Sequence record: OR670491
From: Escherichia phage vB_EcoM_JNE01
Reading direction: 5' to 3' (one strand)
DNA length: 64,000 bases
Shown here one piece after another: positions 36,889 to 45,464 of the stretch; positions within the stretch are counted from its first letter, which is position 1, and each line of letters opens with the position of its first letter. Made by a program: the position numbers and the translations under genes. Under the pieces are notes generated by a model. That model had not been told where the DNA came from. It did no database searches and saw nothing but the letters and a program-made list of their open reading frames with translations.

Positions 36889-38328
36889 ATGAAAAAATAT
36901 ACAATTGACACAAACGTACTACTATCTGATCCAAATGCTACCATTGCTTTTGATGGAGCAGCTATCATTCTACCGTTCACAGTACTTGAAGAATTGGATT
37001 CAATCAAAAGTCGTAATGTGGATGTTTCCCGTGATGCTCGTGTTGCAATCCGTAATATTGAAGCAATCCTTTCTGATGCATCACATGAAGAAATTAGTAG
37101 TACTGGTGTTAATATTGCTGATGTTCATACTAATATGAGTCCTGAAAGCAAATTGTTTGTTATTACAAGCGAAGAAGCTGAAGCACTAATTCGCACTGCT
37201 GGTAACGAAGAGAAAGTTCAAACTCTTCTAAAAAGCACAGTACCAGATGATAAAATCATTTTAGTAGCATTAGCAACTGATTCAGTACTGGTTACCCGTG
37301 ATATCAATATGCGTATCAAGGCTCTAAGCTACGGGGTGGAAGTTCAAGATTACCGTCATGATATCGTGATTGGTGATAGTGATTTGATTCACATTGGTCA
37401 ACATCACCTTGACCTACATTTCTGGGATGTGTATAGTAATCTGACTGATGTATCTATTCAGTCTGAACAAGTTGGTCGTCGTTTGTACCACTACATTCCA
37501 AAAAGCTTGATTGAACATATCATGCCACAAAATATTTGCATCGGTGATTACCTATATGATAATGCTGATGTTCTATTTGTGTACGAAGGCCAATCTGCAA
37601 TTGAAGAAGATGATGGTACTTTAACACCAGAAGATATTCTTGTATTCCAAGATATTGGACAATCTGTTGCTCTACGTGCTAAAGTGTGGGATATTAAGGC
37701 TAAGAATATTCAACAAGCACTAGCAATCAACAGTATCCTAGATCCTGATGTTCATCTAACAGTACTGTTGGGTTCCGCAGGTACTGGTAAAACGCTAATT
37801 ACCATTGCGACTGCACTTGAATTGGTTCTTGAGAAGAAGAAATATGACCGTATTATGTTCTCAAAACCACAAGATTCACAATGGGCCGAAATCGGTTTCT
37901 TACCAGGCACTGAAATGGAAAAAATGCTACCACATTGTGGCCCTGCATTGGATGCTTTGGAATTCTTACATAAAGATGATGCATCACCACAAGGTAGTAT
38001 TGAGGAAATAATCAAGCGTAATGTTATTCAGTTCAAAGCATTGAACTTCATTCGCGGTCGTTCATTTACCAACACTATTCTGGTTGTGGATGAGTTTCAG
38101 AACATCACACCTGCTCAGGCTAAGACAATCCTTACCCGTGCTGGCATGAACTGCAAAGTGATTATTCTTGGGAACTTGGCACAGATTGATAGTAAATTCA
38201 TTAGCCCAGTTAACAGCGGCTTAACATATGTTGTTGAGAAATTTAAAAACTGGGATGGTTGTCGAGTAATCGAACTCGAAGGTGTTGTTCGTTCACCACT
38301 GGCAGAATTTGCTGAAGAAAATATGTAA
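36889..38328 (+). CDS. phoH: PhoH-like ATPase with N-terminal PIN domain
   Basis: PIN-like YTIDTNVLLSD...; Walker A LLGSAGTGKTLITIA; Walker B-like ILVVDEFQN. Confidence 0.8.
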   Translation: MKKYTIDTNVLLSDPNATIAFDGAAIILPFTVLEELDSIKSRNVDVSRDARVAIRNIEAILSDASHEEISSTGVNIADVHTNMSPESKLFVITSEEAEALIRTAGNEEKVQTLLKSTVPDDKIILVALATDSVLVTRDINMRIKALSYGVEVQDYRHDIVIGDSDLIHIGQHHLDLHFWDVYSNLTDVSIQSEQVGRRLYHYIPKSLIEHIMPQNICIGDYLYDNADVLFVYEGQSAIEEDDGTLTPEDILVFQDIGQSVALRAKVWDIKAKNIQQALAINSILDPDVHLTVLLGSAGTGKTLITIATALELVLEKKKYDRIMFSKPQDSQWAEIGFLPGTEMEKMLPHCGPALDALEFLHKDDASPQGSIEEIIKRNVIQFKALNFIRGRSFTNTILVVDEFQNITPAQAKTILTRAGMNCKVIILGNLAQIDSKFISPVNSGLTYVVEKFKNWDGCRVIELEGVVRSPLAEFAEENM

Positions 38329-38337
38329 TAATACGTC

Positions 38338-38363
38338 GGAGTGCTTTTTATAGCACTCCTTCT
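38338..38363 (+). terminator. hairpin, probable terminator
   Basis: GGAGTGC...GCACTCC with T-rich loop/tail. Confidence 0.45.
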
Positions 38364-38374
38364 AAGGAATTATA

Positions 38375-39655
38375 GTGATAATAAAACATCTGTATTATAT
38401 TGACTCAAATTTCAGAAAATACGATAAAGTTTCAAAACTTAATCCAAAATACATTACAGATGTTATTTTCCAAGAAAAATACAACATAGATCGAAACAGT
38501 ACTGAAATACTACAGGATGATATATCATCATATACACCAAACGTAACGGGTTTTTATTATATAAAATACCCAACTGGTGTTAGAAAAGTTTATGCTTTAA
38601 AATGTAATGAGTGCTCTAAAAACTCAGTATTACATGGCGAAGGAATATATCTGGTTCACTTGTCACACATCAAAAACGGAATCATTTCGTGTGGGTGTGC
38701 AAAACGCACAAACTGGACACCATATCAATATTACATAAAAATGATATCAGAATGTAAAAATCGTAATTGCATTTTTTTAGGTTACGATAAAAAACACTTA
38801 CGTTTATATTGTCTCGAACATGGTTACTGGAATACCACATCCAAAGCACACTTCTTTAATGGGAAAGGATGTAGTAAATGTGGGGACACCAATTCAAGAG
38901 TGTTGAGAACAAAAGACAGTTATTTTCATATATCTAAATTTAAAATCTTAAATGCGTATAATTATCGACGTTCCGACAAGATTGATAGTAGTGGTCGCTT
39001 GCGTTATTGGGAATATATGTGTAAGAAATGTTCACATGATGAGTATGTTAGGCTCGGTTTGTGTAATGGGATTTTTACATCATTTAATAGTGATTTAGTA
39101 AAGGGTAAGAAATCATGTCGTTGTTCAAGTAACTATAGATGGACAGAAAAACAGCGTGAATATCAAATCACCAAACTCCTAAAATCCAATTTTCCTCACA
39201 TTAGCTTTAAAGGTTGGGTAAATAGTTATAAAAATATCCATAGTAAGGCGATTTTAAATTGTAATATTCATAATAATTATACGCAAAAAGTAAACTACAT
39301 ACTTAATAATAATTGTGGTTGTCCACAATGTGCTGGGATGACACAGACAGAATGTTATATAAATGTAATATATGATGTGTTTCCAATTGCTATAAAATAT
39401 GGAATTTCAACACATACAAAAAACCGCGTTTGTAGTCAAAATAATAAATCACCATTTGACGTTATTAATCATGGAATTTGGGATTTTGAAAATCCATATT
39501 TATGCAAAATGGCAGAAAATGAATGCAAGCGAACGGTAAGTCGTGTTCTATCAGAACGCGAGCTACCTGACGGATTTACTGAAACCGCTGAAGTGAAATA
39601 TATTGATGATATAATTAAAATATATGAAAGCTGGGGTGGTATCAAACGAAAATAG
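38375..39655 (+). CDS. Cys-rich multi-CxxC protein (426 aa), very AT-rich gene
   Basis: Repeated CxxC/CxC motifs (CNEC, CGC, CSKCGD, CKKCSHDE, CRCSS, CGCPQC); lower GC than flanks. Confidence 0.5.
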   Translation: MIIKHLYYIDSNFRKYDKVSKLNPKYITDVIFQEKYNIDRNSTEILQDDISSYTPNVTGFYYIKYPTGVRKVYALKCNECSKNSVLHGEGIYLVHLSHIKNGIISCGCAKRTNWTPYQYYIKMISECKNRNCIFLGYDKKHLRLYCLEHGYWNTTSKAHFFNGKGCSKCGDTNSRVLRTKDSYFHISKFKILNAYNYRRSDKIDSSGRLRYWEYMCKKCSHDEYVRLGLCNGIFTSFNSDLVKGKKSCRCSSNYRWTEKQREYQITKLLKSNFPHISFKGWVNSYKNIHSKAILNCNIHNNYTQKVNYILNNNCGCPQCAGMTQTECYINVIYDVFPIAIKYGISTHTKNRVCSQNNKSPFDVINHGIWDFENPYLCKMAENECKRTVSRVLSERELPDGFTETAEVKYIDDIIKIYESWGGIKRK

Positions 39656-39726
39656 TAGTTTTTTGTAGACAAAACGAAAAATAGTGATATAATAATGTTA
39701 TTAACAACAAAGAAGGAGAATCAATC

Positions 39727-39924
39727 ATGGCTAAACAACCTAAGAAAAAAGAACCTGAAGTTAAAGTTAAGAAAGTTAAAGTTATTCAATCTAAAGAACA
39801 ACGTAATTACGAACTACGTAAAGCAGAAACCCTATCAGGTCTTCAAGCTCTACGTAAACAAGGTGTTCTAACTCGTGCTCAATACCGTGAGATAGTAGCA
39901 CAAAAAGGTTATTGGTCCATTTGA
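39727..39924 (+). CDS. small basic protein (65 aa)
   Basis: K-rich MAKQPKKKEPEVKVKKVKV; AAGGAGAA RBS. Confidence 0.5.
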   Translation: MAKQPKKKEPEVKVKKVKVIQSKEQRNYELRKAETLSGLQALRKQGVLTRAQYREIVAQKGYWSI

Positions 39925-40020
39925 AGCAATAAACTGGAGTTCTTCATAAATACTTTCATAAGAATAATAATACTTTTTATGAAAATTAAAAAGAACTCCA
40001 TGTGTTATTTCAGTTTTTCA

Positions 40021-40046
40021 TCCCTGTCTTTTGGCAGGGATTTTTT
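40021..40046 (+). terminator. rho-independent terminator
   Basis: TCCCTG...CAGGGA stem then TTTTTT. Confidence 0.7.
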
Positions 40047-40065
40047 CTATCCATAGGAAAGTGAG

Positions 40066-40800
40066 ATGAGCATAACTGATATATCCAATAAAGTTATTAA
40101 TGAATTGGTACAGAGAGGTTTTGCATCACCTATGATATATGGTTCGTGGTGCTACTATGAAAAGTACAAATTCGATGACAAGTATCCTAATGACATTGAT
40201 GTGATTAACATAGTACATGAAGAGTCGGAGGAAGGTGAATTTACTTTGGAGTTGAATTGTATTGACATTCCAGTTAATGTCGAATGCATGACTCTTCAGC
40301 ATTTTAGACAAGATTACAAGACTCCACAAATTAAGTACTTGGGTATAGGTCTTGCAGGTTCCAACAATTCATCAATCAATCACATCTTTTTATATCTAGG
40401 TGCAGTTCACAGTTACTATGCTGAACTTCCCAAAAATGTTGTTCGAACTATGTGCAGTTCATCATCGTCTAAGGCATTTAACAAAGGTGTTAAGAAACTG
40501 ACACTTGACGATGACTACGATAAAGATTTGGGTCTAAAAAACATCTGGCATAGCATTCATTTCATTTCTATAGTAGATTCATATTACAAGTCCTACGATG
40601 ATAGTCTTAATGTTGCAGAATATGCGTTGTATACTGAATATAACATGTTGCGTTGTATCCCGATGCGTGATATGATATATAAAATTTACGAGGAAACTGA
40701 AGGTTCTCTTCAGGATAAGGCTCAAGCAGTCATAGACTATGCAAAGCCTTTACGTAACAAATTAATGACAGAATTTCGTGCCTTATACCCAAAGGAGTGA
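40066..40800 (+). CDS. hypothetical protein (244 aa); possible minimal nucleotidyltransferase motif
   Basis: YGSWCYY...DIDV resembles GS...DxD; weak. Confidence 0.4.
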   Translation: MSITDISNKVINELVQRGFASPMIYGSWCYYEKYKFDDKYPNDIDVINIVHEESEEGEFTLELNCIDIPVNVECMTLQHFRQDYKTPQIKYLGIGLAGSNNSSINHIFLYLGAVHSYYAELPKNVVRTMCSSSSSKAFNKGVKKLTLDDDYDKDLGLKNIWHSIHFISIVDSYYKSYDDSLNVAEYALYTEYNMLRCIPMRDMIYKIYEETEGSLQDKAQAVIDYAKPLRNKLMTEFRALYPKE

Positions 40801-40867
40801 TATAATGAAAAAACATACAGGAAAACAGCCGTTCCATTAGGTTAATTTAACTTAAAGGAGACTATAT

Positions 40868-41392
40868 ATGTTTTTTGAACAATCTTTTATTCTGTACTAC
40901 GATTCTGGTAAAGTTGAATACACTGATAACCTTTTTGAAGTTATCAACCGAATGGGTGGAGTTGATAGTTTTCATGCTGCAATGAAATTCAATCTAGGTG
41001 AATTCAACAAACGTAACGGTAAACTGTATAATATCAGTACTGGATTTTTCTTGTGCAATGCTAAAGGCTTGATGATTTCCCCTGATCTGTTATACGATGA
41101 GTATCAGATTGCATGGGATGAATTTTGGAAGAATAAGCGTAAAGCTATTGATGACAAATTCAAACACAACAGGTCTTGGCGTTTTAAACACAGTCAAGTT
41201 CGTTACAAACACCCACATACTCAACAAGAACGTCGCATGGCATGTGCAGTTCAAAAAGATGAGGGTGAACCTAGTATTCGTGGTAAACGCAAAATGCGTT
41301 CTATCCCTTCTTTATGGGATGATAAAAAGACAAGACACAGTACTGGATGGAAAACTAGTACTAAGCGTAAACATCAATACAAAGGGAGCTAA
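40868..41392 (+). CDS. hypothetical protein (174 aa) with highly basic C-terminus
   Basis: ORF; K/R-rich tail. Confidence 0.5.
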   Translation: MFFEQSFILYYDSGKVEYTDNLFEVINRMGGVDSFHAAMKFNLGEFNKRNGKLYNISTGFFLCNAKGLMISPDLLYDEYQIAWDEFWKNKRKAIDDKFKHNRSWRFKHSQVRYKHPHTQQERRMACAVQKDEGEPSIRGKRKMRSIPSLWDDKKTRHSTGWKTSTKRKHQYKGS

Positions 41393-41406
41393 TGCTCCCT
41401 ATTTTT
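41384..41406 (+). terminator. rho-independent terminator overlapping stop codon
   Basis: GGGAGC-TAAT-GCTCCC then T-tract. Confidence 0.55.
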
Positions 41407-41420
41407 ATGGATACAATAAA

Positions 41421-41759
41421 ATGAATACCAATGACCGACACACAATTATAGTAGAACTAGGCTACATTGAAATTGAAAATTGTAGTATTGATAAAATGAT
41501 TGAAGTACTACAAAAGTATCGTTCGGAATATGACGGATACATGTCACTCGTCCCTGAAGGTGGGTATAGTGGTTTTGACGGTTATAAAATCCTTTTATCA
41601 CGAGATGAAACTGATGAAGAAATTATTGCTCGTCATGCAGCAGAAAAGAAACGTAAAGAGGATGCTGAACGTACTGAAATGAATCGTTTAATGCAAAAGA
41701 AATCATTGAATGCTTCTCAAAAAGAAACTCTTATTAAATATATCCAGGAATATATGTAA
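41421..41759 (+). CDS. hypothetical protein (~112 aa)
   Basis: Internal ATG 41421 after terminator; track start 41097 is an overlap-frame artefact. Confidence 0.5.
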   Translation: MNTNDRHTIIVELGYIEIENCSIDKMIEVLQKYRSEYDGYMSLVPEGGYSGFDGYKILLSRDETDEEIIARHAAEKKRKEDAERTEMNRLMQKKSLNASQKETLIKYIQEYM

Positions 41760-42415
41760 TGAAAAATATCACACAAGAGAAGATCCTGTACCTCGCAAAA
41801 TATAATGGTGGTTTTAATATCCAAAGCTGTGAGTACACTGGAAATATGGCTAAAATACTTGACTCTCTATTAAGTCTAGGATTGATTCGTTGGGATACTA
41901 ATGAACTTTGGTATGAATATGCTGGACAGCAATGGGAAAGTGATTATGACCATGCAATCCATTCATATACCATTACTAAAGCAGGTGAAGTTCGTTTAGC
42001 CATTATGCGTTGTGCCTATACCTATAAAAACTTCAAAGGTGAAGAGAAACATATCCGACGTAATCAAGAACTCATTCATCTCATGGGTGAAGCTGGTATC
42101 AAGATGGATGTTTTGTTGAATGAACCACGTTGGGTTAACAATCTCACCAAAGCAGAGTCGAAAGCACTACGATACATTACAGAACAAGAAGTTCAACCTT
42201 CTAAACCGGAAAAAGTACTACAAGGTGATGGTGAGTTAAGTCTTCAAAATGTGTTCGAAAGTACCAGTACTGAAAGTATTTCTGATATATCAGTCCAGAT
42301 GGCAATCAAAGCTATGGAGCTTTTTAAGACCCAATACGAAGGTACAAGTGCAGATGAAGTAGAACGTGAGTTCATTACTCGTGTACAAATTGCGTTACAT
42401 AAAAATAAAAAGTAG
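41759..42415 (+). CDS. hypothetical protein (218 aa)
   Basis: Long ORF. Confidence 0.5.
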   Translation: MKNITQEKILYLAKYNGGFNIQSCEYTGNMAKILDSLLSLGLIRWDTNELWYEYAGQQWESDYDHAIHSYTITKAGEVRLAIMRCAYTYKNFKGEEKHIRRNQELIHLMGEAGIKMDVLLNEPRWVNNLTKAESKALRYITEQEVQPSKPEKVLQGDGELSLQNVFESTSTESISDISVQMAIKAMELFKTQYEGTSADEVEREFITRVQIALHKNKK

Positions 42416-42421
42416 GTTCAT

Positions 42422-42601
42422 ATGAAAATTTTACTTGTACTAATAGCCGTAGTTATGGTATTATCTTGTTCAGTTAGTAATGGTAAGTACATTTACATGT
42501 CTGCGTTCGAGGAAGCACCGACAAACTGTGTACAAACTCATTCAGGTCTTATGCTAGTTAATGGCAGACCTTCAATTGAATACTTATGTATAGGTGATTA
42601 A
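42422..42601 (+). CDS. small putative lipoprotein (59 aa)
   Basis: MKILLVLIAVVMVLSC lipobox-like; not in ORF track. Confidence 0.35.
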   Translation: MKILLVLIAVVMVLSCSVSNGKYIYMSAFEEAPTNCVQTHSGLMLVNGRPSIEYLCIGD

Positions 42602-42604
42602 ATT

Positions 42605-42835
42605 ATGAAATTATTGTGTATTGCTATTGTTTCTTCTATTGTATTTCTAAGTGGGTGTGCACCTAAAGTTAATGAGATGGATGCTGAACTCATCCGTCTT
42701 GGATTGACTAAACTCAATCACGATGGTACACTGTATGCATGTCATGAAATGCGTCACGGTCAAGATCTGAACTTAATGTGCAGAAAGATTGTGAATCGTA
42801 AACGTATTAATACAATCCCAAGGGATGTACAATGA
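42605..42835 (+). CDS. putative lipoprotein (76 aa)
   Basis: MKLLCIAIVSSIVFLSGC lipobox. Confidence 0.5.
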   Translation: MKLLCIAIVSSIVFLSGCAPKVNEMDAELIRLGLTKLNHDGTLYACHEMRHGQDLNLMCRKIVNRKRINTIPRDVQ

Positions 42836-43053
42836 AAGCAAAAGAATTAGCAGAATTACTGTTACAACATCCTGACGCAGAAGTTATTGTTTGTGATGAA
42901 GAAATGTTTTTAGTTAATGCGTCTAAAGTAACGGTTTATGAAAAAGATGAGATGATAAAAGAAGGTGATGGTAGTACCAAATCGGAAGACCTTACTTCTC
43001 TTGGAATCTACGATTATCCAATTTGTAATACACAAGTTATTTTTATTTCATGA
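42832..43053 (+). CDS. hypothetical protein (73 aa)
   Basis: ORF. Confidence 0.45.
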   Translation: MKAKELAELLLQHPDAEVIVCDEEMFLVNASKVTVYEKDEMIKEGDGSTKSEDLTSLGIYDYPICNTQVIFIS

Positions 43054-43060
43054 GGAAACT

Positions 43061-43420
43061 ATGAGTGATTATGTTGGATTCCTATACCGCTTTGGTGTTG
43101 CACAAGAAAAACACATCATCCGTATGCCAGCATATGGTGAGAAAGGATGGTATAAGAGTATTATCAGTGTAGGTGCATTTCGTGACCGTGAAGCAGTATA
43201 CTTCCTTAAGAGTCTCAGTGATGAACCTATTCGCTTCTCACTTCAGCGTTTATCAGAATGGGAGGAAAGTAATAAAATCACAGCAGAATCAATGCAAGCC
43301 GTATGTGGTATTCAAAATTATGTCCATCCATATGACAATCTTCCTTGTACTGTGCATAATTCAGTGTTTGACTTTTATGCAGCAGTAGGGTATGATTATA
43401 AAAAGAAACGTTACATTTGA
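43061..43420 (+). CDS. hypothetical protein (~119 aa)
   Basis: ATG 43061 after GAGGAAA; track start 42965 overlaps upstream gene. Confidence 0.5.
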   Translation: MSDYVGFLYRFGVAQEKHIIRMPAYGEKGWYKSIISVGAFRDREAVYFLKSLSDEPIRFSLQRLSEWEESNKITAESMQAVCGIQNYVHPYDNLPCTVHNSVFDFYAAVGYDYKKKRYI

Positions 43421-43439
43421 ATTTCAATGGGGATTTAAA

Positions 43440-44057
43440 ATGACAGCAGCCGACAAGTACTGGTGGATTTACAACCACGCCTCATTCGTCAACAAAGATT
43501 TAGTATATCCAAAGATTGAGATTGAACCACATAACGTATGCCCTGATACCAATCGCATTGAAGACCATGAATATCTAAATACAAAGGTTCAGTACTGGGT
43601 AGAGTTGATGACCCCTGAATTCGATGAAGATTCACAAAACTGGATTCTTTCACACGATTATCAGTTAGATTGTGGTGGTGATACCTTTGAAGAAGCAATT
43701 GATGCAGTGTACAATAAGGTTTTGGAACGTTACGGTACATACAAACAAGAAGATGCAGATGCGTTATTTGATTCATTGTTTAAAAAATCATCACAACCAA
43801 ATCCAGCATACCAGCAATTTAGCAATCCACATGAACGATTATACAGTGCTACGTTTCTGTTGTTGAATTACGATGACAAGTTCTCGCTGATTGATAGCAT
43901 AGATACTCGTAAAAATACAATAAAGTCCTTGCAGAAGTACATTGCTTCTTGTACAATAGAGCAATCAGAGAAAGCAAAGATTGCATTAGAAGATGAAGAA
44001 TGTTTGCTTTGGTTGCAAGAACTATCACTTAAAACAGGCGTGGATTTATTACTATGA
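43440..44057 (+). CDS. hypothetical protein (~205 aa)
   Basis: ATG 43440 after GGGGA. Confidence 0.5.
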   Translation: MTAADKYWWIYNHASFVNKDLVYPKIEIEPHNVCPDTNRIEDHEYLNTKVQYWVELMTPEFDEDSQNWILSHDYQLDCGGDTFEEAIDAVYNKVLERYGTYKQEDADALFDSLFKKSSQPNPAYQQFSNPHERLYSATFLLLNYDDKFSLIDSIDTRKNTIKSLQKYIASCTIEQSEKAKIALEDEECLLWLQELSLKTGVDLLL

Positions 44058-44422
44058 ACAGTAAACTGGAAAAACTAATTGAAGAACTTCGACGGATGCC
44101 GCCAATTGAGCAAGTTGGCAATTACAAGCGTTATCGCGTTATAGCACGAGCACTGGATAAGAAAGGTCGAGTACTGGCAACTCGTACCAACTCTTATACA
44201 CAAACTCATCCTAAACAGAAAGGGTTTGCGATTCGTGCTGGACGTCCACAAGGTGAGTTTCTTCATGCTGAAATTTCATGTTTACTGGCTGCACGGGCTG
44301 AAGTTCATACTCTGTTGATTGCACGAGTCAGTAAAGATGGCATTCCAGTTCCAGCTAAACCATGCGAGATTTGCACTTTAGCTATCCAAGAATATGGAGT
44401 AAAAGAAATTATTCACACATGA
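44054..44422 (+). CDS. small CDA-fold zinc deaminase-like protein
   Basis: HAEISCLLAA ... PCEICTLAI (H[AC]E / PCxxC). Confidence 0.5.
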   Translation: MNSKLEKLIEELRRMPPIEQVGNYKRYRVIARALDKKGRVLATRTNSYTQTHPKQKGFAIRAGRPQGEFLHAEISCLLAARAEVHTLLIARVSKDGIPVPAKPCEICTLAIQEYGVKEIIHT

Positions 44423-44643
44423 AAACTGAATACTACGATAAACATACTGTATTCTATACTAAATCCACTATACTGTATTATTACATATTTGAACCTAATT
44501 ACTGTTTACAGATAACAACCTACGCAAATGGTAGATTTAAAGATGTAAACTTCCCATTAACCGATTTAGCAAAACATATCAGTACTGAACATTTCATTAA
44601 TTTAGTACAAGTATATTGTAAACCAAACCCTAACAACACTTAA
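44419..44643 (+). CDS. hypothetical protein (~74 aa)
   Basis: ATGA overlap start. Confidence 0.4.
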   Translation: MKTEYYDKHTVFYTKSTILYYYIFEPNYCLQITTYANGRFKDVNFPLTDLAKHISTEHFINLVQVYCKPNPNNT

Positions 44644-44658
44644 ACTAAGGAGTCAATA

Positions 44659-45021
44659 ATGGCTAAAACAATTTCAATGAAAGACGATACCGTTGGTATT
44701 CGCAAAGATGGTTTCTATGGTTTCTCATGGACTACCCTATTCTTCGGTCCAATCCCTGCACTATTCCGTGGTGATTTCCTAACATTCCTTGGTGTAGTAG
44801 CTGTGTACGTAGTTCTTAACGTATTCACTATGGGTATTCTCGGAACCCTAGCTATGGTAGTATGGGCGTTCATGTACAACAAATATTACACCCAAAGCCT
44901 ACTCAAGAAAGGTTTTAAATTCAATGGCAGTGATGAAGACAACAAAGAAGCAGCAATGTATTTGCATGTGGAATTGAACTCTCATAACACGGTTGATAAA
45001 AACAAAGGTCCAGAGGTCTAA
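44659..45021 (+). CDS. membrane protein (120 aa)
   Basis: Hydrophobic segments; AAGGAG RBS. Confidence 0.55.
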   Translation: MAKTISMKDDTVGIRKDGFYGFSWTTLFFGPIPALFRGDFLTFLGVVAVYVVLNVFTMGILGTLAMVVWAFMYNKYYTQSLLKKGFKFNGSDEDNKEAAMYLHVELNSHNTVDKNKGPEV

Positions 45022-45200
45022 TGGAAATCTTTAAAAAAGATTATGATGGGGAAAGTCTTTATGATATGCAGCGTGACGTACACGAAGCGTTTGATTCAAG
45101 ATTTAACCCATTAGCCGACCAGATTCCACAAGATGAATTTGGTTTTCAAGAAGGTACATTCACAGTAACTATTACCTGGACACCGGATGAGAATAATTAA
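45021..45200 (+). CDS. small acidic protein (59 aa)
   Basis: TAATG overlap start; not in ORF track. Confidence 0.35.
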   Translation: MEIFKKDYDGESLYDMQRDVHEAFDSRFNPLADQIPQDEFGFQEGTFTVTITWTPDENN

Positions 45201-45303
45201 ACTTTTGATTGGCTTATTAGCAATGATATTGTTTTTTATATGTTCCGCTCCAATTAATACTATGGTGTTGATTTGGGCAGTTGTAATTTTAGCAGTACTT
45301 TAA
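45187..45303 (+). CDS. small hydrophobic peptide (38 aa)
   Basis: MRIIKLLIGLLAMILFFICSAP...; terminator follows. Confidence 0.3.
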   Translation: MRIIKLLIGLLAMILFFICSAPINTMVLIWAVVILAVL

Positions 45304-45304
45304 A

Positions 45305-45327
45305 AGCACCCTAGTGGTGCTTTTTTC
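45305..45327 (+). terminator. rho-independent terminator
   Basis: AGCACC-CTAGT-GGTGCT then TTTTTT. Confidence 0.7.
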
Positions 45328-45464
45328 ATTTGTACAAATAAAAACCTATCTACCCTTTCATTGATTCAGGTCAAAAGAAACATAGCGTTCTGGAGCTATA
45401 ATGTTGTCTTGTGGAGTTAAATAACTTCACCCCAGATGAATTATAGAATACAAGGAAGAATTAA

